From Candidatus Latescibacterota bacterium (GTDB lineage Bacteria; Latescibacterota; UBA2968; GCA-2709665), in contig OZ241917.1 in the NCBI GenBank assembly GCA_965203805.1, positions 384,001 through 448,000 on the forward strand: a stretch of 64,000 nucleotides of DNA. The letters run 5' to 3'. Positions 32,090 to 41,375 of this stretch are shown here, piece by piece; the stretch's first letter is position 1, and each line of letters starts with the position of its first letter. The translations under genes were made by a program, and so were the position numbers. The notes under the pieces were generated by a model. That model was not told the DNA's origin. It did not search any database and saw only the letters and a list, made by a program, of their open reading frames with translations.

Positions 32090-33103
32090 ATGGGCGTCTA
32101 CATCCTGAAACGGCTGCTTCTGCTGGTCCCCATGTTGCTGGGCATTGTGGTCCTGGTGTTTCTGATGATCCATTTCGTTCCCGGGGATCCGGCGCAGGTG
32201 ATGCTGGGAGAACGCGCGAACGCGGAACAGGTGGCGGAACTGCGAAAGCAGCTGGGGCTTGACAGGGACCTGCATGTCCAGCTGGGTCTGTACCTGGCGG
32301 GATTGCTGCAGGGCGATCTGGGCCGTTCGTTCAAGTCGCACGCGAAAGTCTCCTCCGAGTTGCTGGCCAGGTTTCCCGCGACGCTCGAACTTACGTTGAC
32401 GAGCATGCTGCTTGCCTGCGGCTTCGGGATACTCGCCGGCGTGGTCTCGGCGTCACGAAAGGGGTCCGTCATGGATTATCTCGGCATGACGGCTTCCCTG
32501 GCGGGGCTCTCCATGCCGATTTTCTGGCTGGGTCTGATGGTCATTCTGTTGATGTCGGTCTTTCTCGGGCTGTTTCCCGTTTCCGGACGGCTCAGCACCC
32601 ACCTGTTTATTCCGGAAGTGACCGGGCTCTACCTGATTGACAGTCTGCTGGCGTGGGATTGGCCGGCTTTCGGCGACGCGGCGTGGCATCTCGTGCTGCC
32701 CGGGCTTACGCTGGGCACCGTGCCGATGGCCGTCATTGCGCGCATGACGCGGTCCAGCCTCCTCGACGTGCTGAAAGAAGACTATGTGCGCACGGCGTGG
32801 GCGAAGGGCCTCCCGGAACGAATCGTCATTTTCCGGCACGCCCTCAAGAACGCGTTCATTCCCGTGCTGACCGTGATCAGCCTGCAGTTCGGATTCCTGC
32901 TCGGAGGAGCGGTCATCACGGAGACGATTTTCGCCTGGCCGGGCGTGGGGCGCTGGCTGCTGCTCGCGGTCTATTCGCGGGACTTCAGGGCCGTGCAGGG
33001 CGGGGTTCTGCTGGTTGCGCTGACATTTGCTCTGATCAACCTCGTTGCGGACGTGATGTACGCGTGGCTGGACCCGAGGATCCGACACCGGAGAGGAACG
33101 TGA
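32090..33103 (+). CDS. dppB: Dipeptide ABC transporter permease
   Basis: PGDPA, GDLG.S, DYVRTA.AKG, ETIFAWPG.G. Confidence 0.92.
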   Translation: MGVYILKRLLLLVPMLLGIVVLVFLMIHFVPGDPAQVMLGERANAEQVAELRKQLGLDRDLHVQLGLYLAGLLQGDLGRSFKSHAKVSSELLARFPATLELTLTSMLLACGFGILAGVVSASRKGSVMDYLGMTASLAGLSMPIFWLGLMVILLMSVFLGLFPVSGRLSTHLFIPEVTGLYLIDSLLAWDWPAFGDAAWHLVLPGLTLGTVPMAVIARMTRSSLLDVLKEDYVRTAWAKGLPERIVIFRHALKNAFIPVLTVISLQFGFLLGGAVITETIFAWPGVGRWLLLAVYSRDFRAVQGGVLLVALTFALINLVADVMYAWLDPRIRHRRGT

Positions 33104-34002
33104 ACCGGCCATGCCATACAGGCGCGGGACAGGTTGCGGACGCCGGCGGTCCGCCCGTTCTTTCGGTTTCCGGCTGGGGCGGGCTGTTCTGGAAGCGGCT
33201 CCTCAAGAACCGGCTCGCGGCCGGCGGCGCCGTCCTCCTGTTGGCATTCCTGTTGCTGGCCGTCGCCGCGCCGCTGGTGGCGCCACACGATCCCCTTGCC
33301 CAGAACCTGTACGACCGCCTTCAGCCGCCGTCGCTGTCGAATCCGTTCGGTACGGATGATTTCGGCAGAGACGTATTGAGCCGTGTTATCCACGGCGCCC
33401 GGATATCGCTTCGGGTGGGTGTTTCAGCAGTGCTGATCGCACTGGTCGTGGGCGTTCCGATCGGGCTGGCTTCGGGATACTGGGGCGGTGGCCTGGACCA
33501 GGCGCTGATGCGGGCAATGGACCTGATGTTGGCGTTTCCCAGCATCCTTCTGGCCATTGCCATTGTCGCGATATTGGGACCGGGACTGGAAAACGCGATG
33601 CTGGCCGTCGGAATCGTGGCGGTGCCGCAGTACGCCCGGCTCGTGCGGGCATCGGCGCTGGCCGTGCGCGGGCAGGATTACGTGCAGGCCGTGAGAGCGC
33701 TTGGCGGCGGCGATTTCCGAATCCTGTTTTCTTCGGTTCTCCCGAACTGCCTTACGCCGCTGATCGTTCAGTCCACGCTGGGCCTGGCGACGGCCATACT
33801 CGATGCGGCGGGCCTGAGCTTTCTGGGATTGGGCGCGCAGCCGCCGTTGCCGGAGTGGGGTGCGATGTTGACCGGCGGCCGGGAACTGGTACTGCGTGCG
33901 CCGTGGGTCCTGACCTTTCCCGGCCTCGCCATCTTCCTGACCGTATTGGCCTTTAACCTGGTCGGAGACGGATTGCGGGATGCACTGGATCCACGGTCCT
34001 GA
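33100..34002 (+). CDS. dppC: Dipeptide ABC transporter permease
   Basis: FGTD..GRD, SFLGLGAQPP.PEWG, GDGLRDALDPR. Confidence 0.92.
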   Translation: MNRPCHTGAGQVADAGGPPVLSVSGWGGLFWKRLLKNRLAAGGAVLLLAFLLLAVAAPLVAPHDPLAQNLYDRLQPPSLSNPFGTDDFGRDVLSRVIHGARISLRVGVSAVLIALVVGVPIGLASGYWGGGLDQALMRAMDLMLAFPSILLAIAIVAILGPGLENAMLAVGIVAVPQYARLVRASALAVRGQDYVQAVRALGGGDFRILFSSVLPNCLTPLIVQSTLGLATAILDAAGLSFLGLGAQPPLPEWGAMLTGGRELVLRAPWVLTFPGLAIFLTVLAFNLVGDGLRDALDPRS

Positions 34003-34020
34003 ACCTGCTGGAGAAAGGCT

Positions 34021-34049
34021 TTGACTTCCACGATTCCGTAGCCTATATT
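34021..34049 (+). promoter_or_regulatory. Sigma70-type promoter of the candidate ncRNA
   Basis: TTGACT-17 bp-TATATT. Confidence 0.65.
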
Positions 34050-34055
34050 TTCGCT

Positions 34056-34312
34056 TACACGGAAAGGAGGTGGTCAAATGATCGAATCGACCAGTGGAGG
34101 TGGCTGTAGTTAGGTGCGCTGCCGGGTGCGGGAGAACATCTCGTCTGGTAACGCGCCTGGCGAATCTAAGCAGCCATCGAAAGACAGGCGATCCGTCGTA
34201 CCGACGGGCCCCCGCGATGCGTTTGGGGGCGCCGTGAGATGGAAGCCGTCTCGAGCAATGCGCCGTGGTGAGATGTGGCCGGAGAGCCGGCTCCCGAATC
34301 GCGGCGCATTTT
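34056..34312 (+). ncRNA. Candidate structured RNA containing an 11-codon ORF (34078-34113)
   Basis: Own promoter, several G-U-containing helices, terminal hairpin plus T-run, extended SD GGAAAGGAGGTGGTC. Confidence 0.5.
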
Positions 34313-34333
34313 GCGTTAAATAAGGGTTTGTGC

Positions 34334-34362
34334 TTGACAGAGATAAATGTGTTTTATATCTT
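34334..34362 (+). promoter_or_regulatory. Promoter of the rplM operon
   Basis: TTGACA-17 bp-TATCTT in an AT-rich context. Confidence 0.55.
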
Positions 34363-34444
34363 TTGAGGCTTGACATTGTGCGCAAATGTCGTTGAGAGGA
34401 GGTGAATTCGAAATTGGCGTGCACGTGGACGCCATTCGGATTTT

Positions 34445-34879
34445 ATGAATACGCCGAGCGCGAAAAAGTCCGACGTCGAACGCAGATGGTTTCTGGCTGA
34501 TGCCGAAGGCAAGGTGCTGGGTCGCTTCGCGAGCGAGGTGGCACGGATTCTGATGGGCAAACACAAACCGTTTTATACGCCGCACGTGGATACCGGCGAT
34601 CATGTTATCGTGGTAAACACCGACAAGCTCGTTGTCAAAGGCGCCAACAAACCCGAACAGAAGGTCTATACGAGCTTCAGCGGTTATCCGGGCGGCCTTA
34701 AAACCAAGACACTCAAGCGGGCGCTCGAAACCCAGCCTGTGTTCGTGCTGGAGCATGCCATCCGGGGGATGTTGCCTCGCACAAAGCTGGGTCGCAGGAT
34801 GATTAAGAAGGTCCGGATCTACGCGGGGCCCGATCATCCGCATGAGAGTCAGGTGCCCGAAGCGATCGACCTGATTTGA
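34445..34879 (+). CDS. rplM: 50S ribosomal protein L13
   Basis: LGR.AS, GKHKP.YTPHVDTGD, SGYPGG, GMLP. Confidence 0.98.
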   Translation: MNTPSAKKSDVERRWFLADAEGKVLGRFASEVARILMGKHKPFYTPHVDTGDHVIVVNTDKLVVKGANKPEQKVYTSFSGYPGGLKTKTLKRALETQPVFVLEHAIRGMLPRTKLGRRMIKKVRIYAGPDHPHESQVPEAIDLI

Positions 34880-34934
34880 TTTCCGCCGAACCGAAGCATC
34901 GTTCGAAGTTCGTTGACCGAGAGGAGGTCGGGTC

Positions 34935-35327
34935 TTGGCAGAAATCCTTGCTTCTGCCAGAGGCCGGCGCAAGTCGGCCACGGCAAACGTAAAGCTGTTT
35001 TCCGGGTCCGGAGAGATTACCATCAACGGCGCGCCGATTCTGAATTATCTGAAGCGGGAGACGCTCGTGATGATCGTGGAACAGCCGCTGGCGGTTACGG
35101 AGACGATCGGGCAGTACAATATCGTCGCCAGCACCAAGGGGGGTGGTCTCAGCGGCCAGGCCGGCGCCGTAAGGCTTGGCATCGCCCGGGGCCTGCTCGC
35201 CCTGAACGAGGACCTCAAGGGGCCGCTGCGGGAGGCAGGGCTGCTGACCCGCGACGCGCGAGAGGTGGAGCGGAAAAAGCCGGGTCGCCCCGGGGCGCGC
35301 AAACGGTTCCAGTTTTCGAAACGCTAG
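34935..35327 (+). CDS. rpsI: 30S ribosomal protein S9
   Basis: GRRKSA, GGGLSGQAGA, ERKKPG, QFSKR. Confidence 0.98.
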   Translation: MAEILASARGRRKSATANVKLFSGSGEITINGAPILNYLKRETLVMIVEQPLAVTETIGQYNIVASTKGGGLSGQAGAVRLGIARGLLALNEDLKGPLREAGLLTRDAREVERKKPGRPGARKRFQFSKR

Positions 35328-35356
35328 TCGGCCCTTTTTTTTAAATGGCGTGTTGT

Positions 35357-35474
35357 GCAAACCCGACAGCGCGCCTATTTCACATGTGCCCCGACTTCAG
35401 GCCGGGTGTCGGTTTCCGGCGGGCCTGCGGAATGACGGTCACAGAGGTTCAACCCGGAGTCGCAGGAGGATTGT
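35357..35474 (+). promoter_or_regulatory. rpsB 5' leader (S2 autoregulatory, t44-like)
   Basis: Position directly before rpsB; CCGACTTC...GGGTG...GAGG...AACC pattern. Confidence 0.5.
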
Positions 35475-36239
35475 ATGGCTGTCGTTGAAATGAAAGCGTT
35501 GCTCGAGGCCGGAGTCCACTTCGGGCATCAGACCCGACGTTGGAATCCGAAGATGAGAAAGTTCATCTTTATCGAACGCAACGGCATCTACATTATCGAT
35601 CTGCAGAAGACGATGAAGCAGATCGAAGAAGCGTGCCAGATGATCAGCCAGGCCGTGGAACGGGGTGAATCCGTCCTCTTCGTGGGAACGAAGAAACAGG
35701 CGAAGGATGTCATCCTTCGGGAAGCGAAGCGTTGCGAGATGTTTCACGTCACCGAGCGCTGGCTTGGTGGGATGTTGACGAATTACCAGACCATCCGTCA
35801 GAGTATTCGGCGCCTCGAAACGCTCGACAAGATGGGCGCGGACGGGACCTACGAGAAGTTGACCAAGAAAGAGGTACTGCGGCTGGAACGTGAGCGGGAG
35901 AAACTGGAGAGATCCCTGAGCGGTATCCGGGATATGGGCCGTCTGCCCGGATTGGTATTCGTGATTGATATCAAGAAAGAAAGGATCGCCGTTCACGAAG
36001 CGAGGCGTCTCAATATTCCGGTGGTGGCCATCGTCGACACCAACTGCAATCCGGACGACGTCGACTATCCGATTCCCGGAAACGACGACGCCATCCGGTC
36101 TATCGGACTCCTCACCCGGCTCGTGTCCGATGCGGTGCTCGAGGGTCAGAAGATTCGGCGGGAGGGTCCCGACCGGGCGGACGACGAACCCCAGTTGCTC
36201 GGACCGGAAATTACCGAGATTACCGAAGCCAGCGAATAA
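35475..36239 (+). CDS. rpsB: 30S ribosomal protein S2
   Basis: [34 protein letters not shown]. Confidence 0.98.
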   Translation: MAVVEMKALLEAGVHFGHQTRRWNPKMRKFIFIERNGIYIIDLQKTMKQIEEACQMISQAVERGESVLFVGTKKQAKDVILREAKRCEMFHVTERWLGGMLTNYQTIRQSIRRLETLDKMGADGTYEKLTKKEVLRLEREREKLERSLSGIRDMGRLPGLVFVIDIKKERIAVHEARRLNIPVVAIVDTNCNPDDVDYPIPGNDDAIRSIGLLTRLVSDAVLEGQKIRREGPDRADDEPQLLGPEITEITEASE

Positions 36240-36284
36240 CGGACGAATCAGAAGGGAAAGGCGTTACGCCAGCGGGGAGAATCC

Positions 36285-36884
36285 ATGGCAATTTCTGCGA
36301 AGATGGTTCAGGAACTGCGCGGCAAGACCAATGTGGGCATGATGGACTGCAAGAAAGCGCTCGTCGAGAGTGACGGGGACATGGAAAAAGCCATCGAGCT
36401 TCTGCGCACCCGCGGGGTTGCCAAGGCGGAAGACCGTTCTCACAGGGCGGCAAAGGAAGGGCTGATCACCTCGTATATTCACACCGGCAGCAAGCTGGGC
36501 GTGATGCTGGAGGTCAACAGCGAGACCGATTTCGTCGCCCGAACCGATCAGTTCCAGACCTTTGTCCGTGACCTGGCAATGCACATCGCCGCCAGTGCGC
36601 CGGCCGCCGTGAGCCGCGACCAACTGGACGACGCAAACATCGAGCGCGAACGCAGAATCTTCAGACAGCAGGCGCTGGACGAGGGCAAACCCGAGCGGGT
36701 AATCGACCGGATCGTTGAGGGGCGGCTCGAAAAGTACTTCCAGGATGTTTGCCTTATGGAACAGCCCTTCGTGAAGGATCCGGACAAGACGGTCAAAGAC
36801 CTGCTGATGGACCTGATCGCCCAGTGCGGCGAGAATGTCACCGTCAGACGGTTCGTGCGGTTTGTTCTCGGGGAGGAAAGCTGA
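36285..36884 (+). CDS. tsf: Elongation factor Ts (short form)
   Basis: GMMDCKKAL, NSETDFVA, EQPFVKDP, GENV.VRRF.RF. Confidence 0.97.
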   Translation: MAISAKMVQELRGKTNVGMMDCKKALVESDGDMEKAIELLRTRGVAKAEDRSHRAAKEGLITSYIHTGSKLGVMLEVNSETDFVARTDQFQTFVRDLAMHIAASAPAAVSRDQLDDANIERERRIFRQQALDEGKPERVIDRIVEGRLEKYFQDVCLMEQPFVKDPDKTVKDLLMDLIAQCGENVTVRRFVRFVLGEES

Positions 36885-37063
36885 CGGCGCCCGGCGCCGG
36901 TCGTTGAACTGGTAGACGCCGGAGGAAAAGGGCCGTACCCGACCCCGGGTCTGCCGCGCCAGGGATTGTCTGTCGTCGCACGTCTTCCGCTGCCCGGTTT
37001 TGCTGACCGCTCACAGTATGCAATCTCTCCATTGGTTTGCTTTCTCAGCAGGGGATGCAAGAG

Positions 37064-37621
37064 ATGGTTGACGAGATTCTTTCAGAGACCAGGCAGTCGA
37101 TGGCGAAGGCCGTGGAAGCGTTTCAGTACGAAATCTCGACGGTGCGAACCGGACGCGCAAACACGTCACTGCTGGACAATATCCGCGCCGAGTATTACGG
37201 TACCCAGGTGCCGCTCAACCAGGTGGCCACCATTGGCGTTCCGGAGCCGCGGCTCATCGTTCTTCAGCCGTGGGACAAGAGCGCAATCCCGGCGATTGAA
37301 AAGGCCATACAGTCGTCGAATCTGGGCCTGACGCCGTCCAATGACGGGACCGTCATTCGTCTGCCGATCCCGCACCTGACAGAAGAGCGCCGCACTGAAC
37401 TCGTACGCGTGGTGCGCCAGATGGCGGAAGAGTGCAAGGTCTCCGTGCGCAATGCCAGACGGGACGCCAACGAGATGTTCAAAGACGGTCAGAAAGAGGG
37501 CGAGATCCCTGAAGACGATTCGAGAAAGGGGCACGACCAGGCGCAGAAGCTGACCGACGATTTCGTGGCGGAGATTGACAAGCTGCTGGCGCGGAAGGAA
37601 GAGGAAATCATGGAGGTCTGA
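37064..37621 (+). CDS. frr: Ribosome recycling factor
   Basis: RTGRAN, PLNQVA, LTEERR, KEEEIMEV. Confidence 0.97.
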   Translation: MVDEILSETRQSMAKAVEAFQYEISTVRTGRANTSLLDNIRAEYYGTQVPLNQVATIGVPEPRLIVLQPWDKSAIPAIEKAIQSSNLGLTPSNDGTVIRLPIPHLTEERRTELVRVVRQMAEECKVSVRNARRDANEMFKDGQKEGEIPEDDSRKGHDQAQKLTDDFVAEIDKLLARKEEEIMEV

Positions 37622-37721
37622 ATCCCCTTGAATGGTCCCCTCCAATCGCTGCTTTCAGGTCGCTCGAAGGTGGCGGTTCTTTTTTGCCGTGTCGATCGCG
37701 GTTTCCCGGACGTGCTTTGAT

Positions 37722-38456
37722 ATGCTCTTGTTGACGGTGGTCGCGATCGTGTTTGTGGCTGCGCTGGTCCATTCGACGCTCGGGTTCGGGACTGCCCTGG
37801 TGGCGATGCCGATGCTCGTGACGGTTCTTGACGTCGAGGTTGCGACGCCGCTGGTCGGCCTGACGATGCTGACGACGATCGCCCTGCTTCTGGTTCGAAC
37901 CTGGCGGGACCTGGACGTCAGGGCCGCATTGCATCTGCTCGTCGCTTCGATTCCGGGAATTCCACTGGGTCTGCTGGTCCTCCGGTACGCACCCCAGGAT
38001 GCCTTCAGGGCGGGGCTTGGGATTCTGCTCATCGCTATCGGTCTGTATAACTTGCGGACGTCGGTGCTTCCCAGGCTGGAGCACATCCGGTGGGCGCACC
38101 TGTTCGGCTTCCTGTCCGGTGTACTCGGCAGCGCATACAACGTGAACGCGGCGCCGGTTGCCGTTTACGGGATCCTGAGGCGTTGGCCGCCCGAAGGCTT
38201 CAGGGCGACGCTGCAAGGGTACTTCTTTCCCTCGACCCTGCTCATTGTCGGCAGCCACGCGATGGCCGGACTGTGGACGGAGGACGTTTTCGGGTTTTAT
38301 CTGCCGGCGGTGCCAGCCATCATTCTAGCCGTCGTTTGTGGCCGGATCATCGGCGCGCGCATCCCCGTCGACCGATTTCAGCGCGTTCTTTACGCGGCGC
38401 TGACTGCATTTGGAACTCTGCTTCTGGTGCAGCCGCTGATTTCGGCACTGGATTGA
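37722..38456 (+). CDS. TauE/SafE family membrane transporter
   Basis: GFGTAL, GIPLG, FRATLQGYF; multiple TM segments. Confidence 0.82.
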   Translation: MLLLTVVAIVFVAALVHSTLGFGTALVAMPMLVTVLDVEVATPLVGLTMLTTIALLLVRTWRDLDVRAALHLLVASIPGIPLGLLVLRYAPQDAFRAGLGILLIAIGLYNLRTSVLPRLEHIRWAHLFGFLSGVLGSAYNVNAAPVAVYGILRRWPPEGFRATLQGYFFPSTLLIVGSHAMAGLWTEDVFGFYLPAVPAIILAVVCGRIIGARIPVDRFQRVLYAALTAFGTLLLVQPLISALD

Positions 38457-38531
38457 CGGAACGAGACGCTAATGTAGTGGGGACATTCATTTGAAGCGCG
38501 GTTCAGCAACCGTTTCGGAAAGGGGAGAAGC

Positions 38532-38894
38532 GTGAACGCTACACAACCTATGGTCGTGCACTACGTCAAGGATATGGCCAGGGCGTTGCCCTTTTACCGC
38601 GACGTCATCGGTCTCGAGGTGGAGTTCGAATCGTCCGGATGGACAACGTTTCGATGCGGCGGATGCATCGTGGCGCTCCACATCCTGTCTCCAGGGATGA
38701 CCGAGGGCGCCGTCGCCCACGCGGGGCTGAATCTCCACGTGGACGATCTCGACGCCGCGGTCAGGGAGGTCACGGCCGGCGGCGGGGAGGTCAGAAACAT
38801 CCGGGAAGCCGGCGGCGGCATTCCGGTGCGGATCGCGGTCATCAGCGATACGGAAGGCAACGTCTTCGAACTGCGCCAGTACGTGGGCGAGTGA
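38532..38894 (+). CDS. VOC/glyoxalase family protein
   Basis: V.DMARA..FYRDVIG, VDDLDAA, D.EGNVFEL. Confidence 0.88.
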   Translation: MNATQPMVVHYVKDMARALPFYRDVIGLEVEFESSGWTTFRCGGCIVALHILSPGMTEGAVAHAGLNLHVDDLDAAVREVTAGGGEVRNIREAGGGIPVRIAVISDTEGNVFELRQYVGE

Positions 38895-39066
38895 TATCGA
38901 ATGTCGGCAGGATGATTACGGCGGGACTTACGCGGTACGACGCCCTCGATCGCGGAGGGTCGGCGACGCCGTTCCCGATATTGAATTCGCGTGGCACCCT
39001 GAATGGGCGGTTCGATGCGTCCGCCGGTGCCGATTCCCTGTCTGAACACCGGAAGGAGGTCCTTTC

Positions 39067-39597
39067 GTGAAGAACTGCGTACTCGCCGTTGTCTTGTCTG
39101 CTGTTGTTCTGTTCGCCTGGGGCTTTTTGTCGTGGGCGATATTGCCGTGGCACAATGCGGTTGCAAACAAATTCGCAGACGAATCGGCTGTTTCTGCGGT
39201 CCTCAAGGAAAACGCGCCGGCCGCGGGAATGTACTATCTCCCGTTTGCCCAGGAAGACCTCAAACCGGGGGTGTTGTTCGCCCTTGCGAACGTATTGCCC
39301 GATGGCGTCGATGCGAACATGGGCGAAATGATGGGGCTTGGCCTGCTCGGTCAGGCGGTGTCCGCCGCGCTCGTTATGCTTCTGCTGTGCAGAACCTCGA
39401 TTCCGGACTACTGGGGGCGGGTCCGTTTCGTCGCGCTTTCGGGATTGGCCATCGGTTTTGTCAGCCACTTCCCCTACTGGAACTGGTTCGGCTTCTCAAC
39501 GTCGTATACGCTCGTCATCATCGTGGACTCCCTGATTGCGTGGTTCCTGGCCGGGCTCGTCCTGGCGAAATTCGTGGAAGGGAAATCGGCGACGTAA
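39067..39597 (+). CDS. Hypothetical membrane protein
   Basis: GGAGG SD; WGFLSW..LPWH, PYWNWFGF; four TM segments. Confidence 0.75.
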   Translation: MKNCVLAVVLSAVVLFAWGFLSWAILPWHNAVANKFADESAVSAVLKENAPAAGMYYLPFAQEDLKPGVLFALANVLPDGVDANMGEMMGLGLLGQAVSAALVMLLLCRTSIPDYWGRVRFVALSGLAIGFVSHFPYWNWFGFSTSYTLVIIVDSLIAWFLAGLVLAKFVEGKSAT

Positions 39598-39909
39598 TTG
39601 TCCGGAGGGCCCGGCCGATACGGCCCAATGCCTGCGATGTGCGGGAAACTACAAGACGACCGCGAGACGCGTCAACTCGCGGTCGTTCGTGTGTGGGCGA
39701 TGAACGGACGGTCCCTGCATCCGAACGAGGCTCCGGGATTTCACGTCCGGCGGTGAATTATCGGATGGGTCCTCGTGTTCAGCGCCTTGATTTATCGCGG
39801 AGGAGGTCTTATTTTCCGGTACGCGAACTTGCCTTCCGTGTGAAGGAGAGATGCCCGCGCACAGGCGAGTTTCAACAGGCAGGAAGGTTGATTGAGACTG
39901 AGACTTCGA

Positions 39910-40827
39910 ATGGCTTCGCAACAATCGGGGTTGTCTTCACAGGTGCACAGGACGAGCAGAACGGCGAATCTGGCGGCTTGCGTACGTGCGTATCATTCCC
40001 GTTGGCACGAGTCGCCGATTTTCGACGACGTCTACGCATACGATTTGATATCGGATTTCTGGCGCGCGATTGCCAGGTACAGATTGCTCAGCCATATTGT
40101 CGTCCACACCGTGTTCCGATCGTTTCGCCCCATACACACCGAAATTATCCTGCGCGCGAGGTACGCCGAAGACCGACTGATGGACGCCGTGTCTGCAGGC
40201 ATCGGGCAGTACGTCATACTCGGGGCCGGTCTCGATTCCTTCTCCATGCGTCAGGATGGACTCCTGGATACGTTGAGGATATTCGAGCTGGACCATCCCG
40301 CGACCCAGGCCATGAAGCGCGACAAGGTCTCGAGTGTCTTTGGCGGAATCCCGGCGAATCTGGTATTCGTACCCATCGACTTTGAAACCGATCATCTCGA
40401 CGATGCGCTTGTCCGGGCGGAATTCGACCCTCAGACGCCGTCCTTCTTCTCCTGGCTGGGGACGACCTACTATCTCACCAAAGACGCGATACGCGAAACA
40501 CTTGCCCGCATTGCGGGCGTGGCGGCCCCGGGAAGCCGCATGGTTCTCGACTACAAGATTGACAGGGGCCTCATTCCGGTGGAGAGCCTGCCGTTCGCGG
40601 ACAAGCTGGATCGATTCGTGGCACGACGTGGAGAGCCCATGATCTCCACGTTCACGCCCGGGGAGTTGCGGGACGACATGTCAGGATTCGGCTTTGAGGA
40701 AGTGGAAGCCGTCACGGCCGGCGATCAGAAACGCCGATACCTGAACGAGAGATCCGACCTGGTGGATCCGGCGCCCAATTTTTCCTTCGCGCGTTTTCGA
40801 GTGAGGCGCAGGGGAGAAGAGACGTGA
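39910..40827 (+). CDS. SAM-dependent methyltransferase (LCM/TIGR00027-like)
   Basis: QYVILGAGLDS, FELDHPATQ, SWLG.TYYL. Confidence 0.88.
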   Translation: MASQQSGLSSQVHRTSRTANLAACVRAYHSRWHESPIFDDVYAYDLISDFWRAIARYRLLSHIVVHTVFRSFRPIHTEIILRARYAEDRLMDAVSAGIGQYVILGAGLDSFSMRQDGLLDTLRIFELDHPATQAMKRDKVSSVFGGIPANLVFVPIDFETDHLDDALVRAEFDPQTPSFFSWLGTTYYLTKDAIRETLARIAGVAAPGSRMVLDYKIDRGLIPVESLPFADKLDRFVARRGEPMISTFTPGELRDDMSGFGFEEVEAVTAGDQKRRYLNERSDLVDPAPNFSFARFRVRRRGEET

Positions 40828-40880
40828 AGAAAACGCGGTGTTCAGAACGTCCGAACGCCCGAAACCGAAGGGTTGAGCCG

Positions 40881-41339
40881 ATGTCAGATAAAGGCGAAAA
40901 GCCGCGCACGATCTCTCTCCGCCAGGGCCTTCTGTTGATCTTCGTCCTTGGGAGCGTCGGATTGGGCGCCGAGTTGCTGCTCCTCGGCCATTTCCAGGAG
41001 TGGAGGCAGCAGGCGCCTCTCGCGCTGCTTGCTTTGGGCCTCGTCGTGGTGGCGATGCTTGTTCACTTTAAGGGGCGGGTCGTCCTCCGGCTCTTTCGGC
41101 TGGCGATGCTGGCGTTCGTACTGGGGGGAATCGCAGGATTCTGGTTTCATATCAACGGGAATATGGAATTCGAACTGGAGATGAATTCGAGGTTGACCGG
41201 CTGGGCGCTTGTGTCCAGGACCGCTAGCGGCGCCCTCCCGGTCCTCGCGCCCGGCGCTCTCATCCAGCTTGGTTTAATCGGCCTGCTGTACACGTACCGG
41301 CATCCGGGTCTGGGCGCTGGGCAACCTGAGAGAGATTAG
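40881..41339 (+). CDS. Hypothetical membrane protein
   Basis: Four TM segments; ELLLLGH, N.EFELEM, P.LAPGA. Confidence 0.7.
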   Translation: MSDKGEKPRTISLRQGLLLIFVLGSVGLGAELLLLGHFQEWRQQAPLALLALGLVVVAMLVHFKGRVVLRLFRLAMLAFVLGGIAGFWFHINGNMEFELEMNSRLTGWALVSRTASGALPVLAPGALIQLGLIGLLYTYRHPGLGAGQPERD

Positions 41340-41375
41340 CGTATTCATACTGGCAGAATAGATCGCAAGACAGCC

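Noticed and set aside
36896-36960. tRNA-Leu-like D-arm string (GAACTGGTAGACGC) between tsf and frr
   Set aside because: No T-arm (GGTTCGA) and no acceptor-stem pairing
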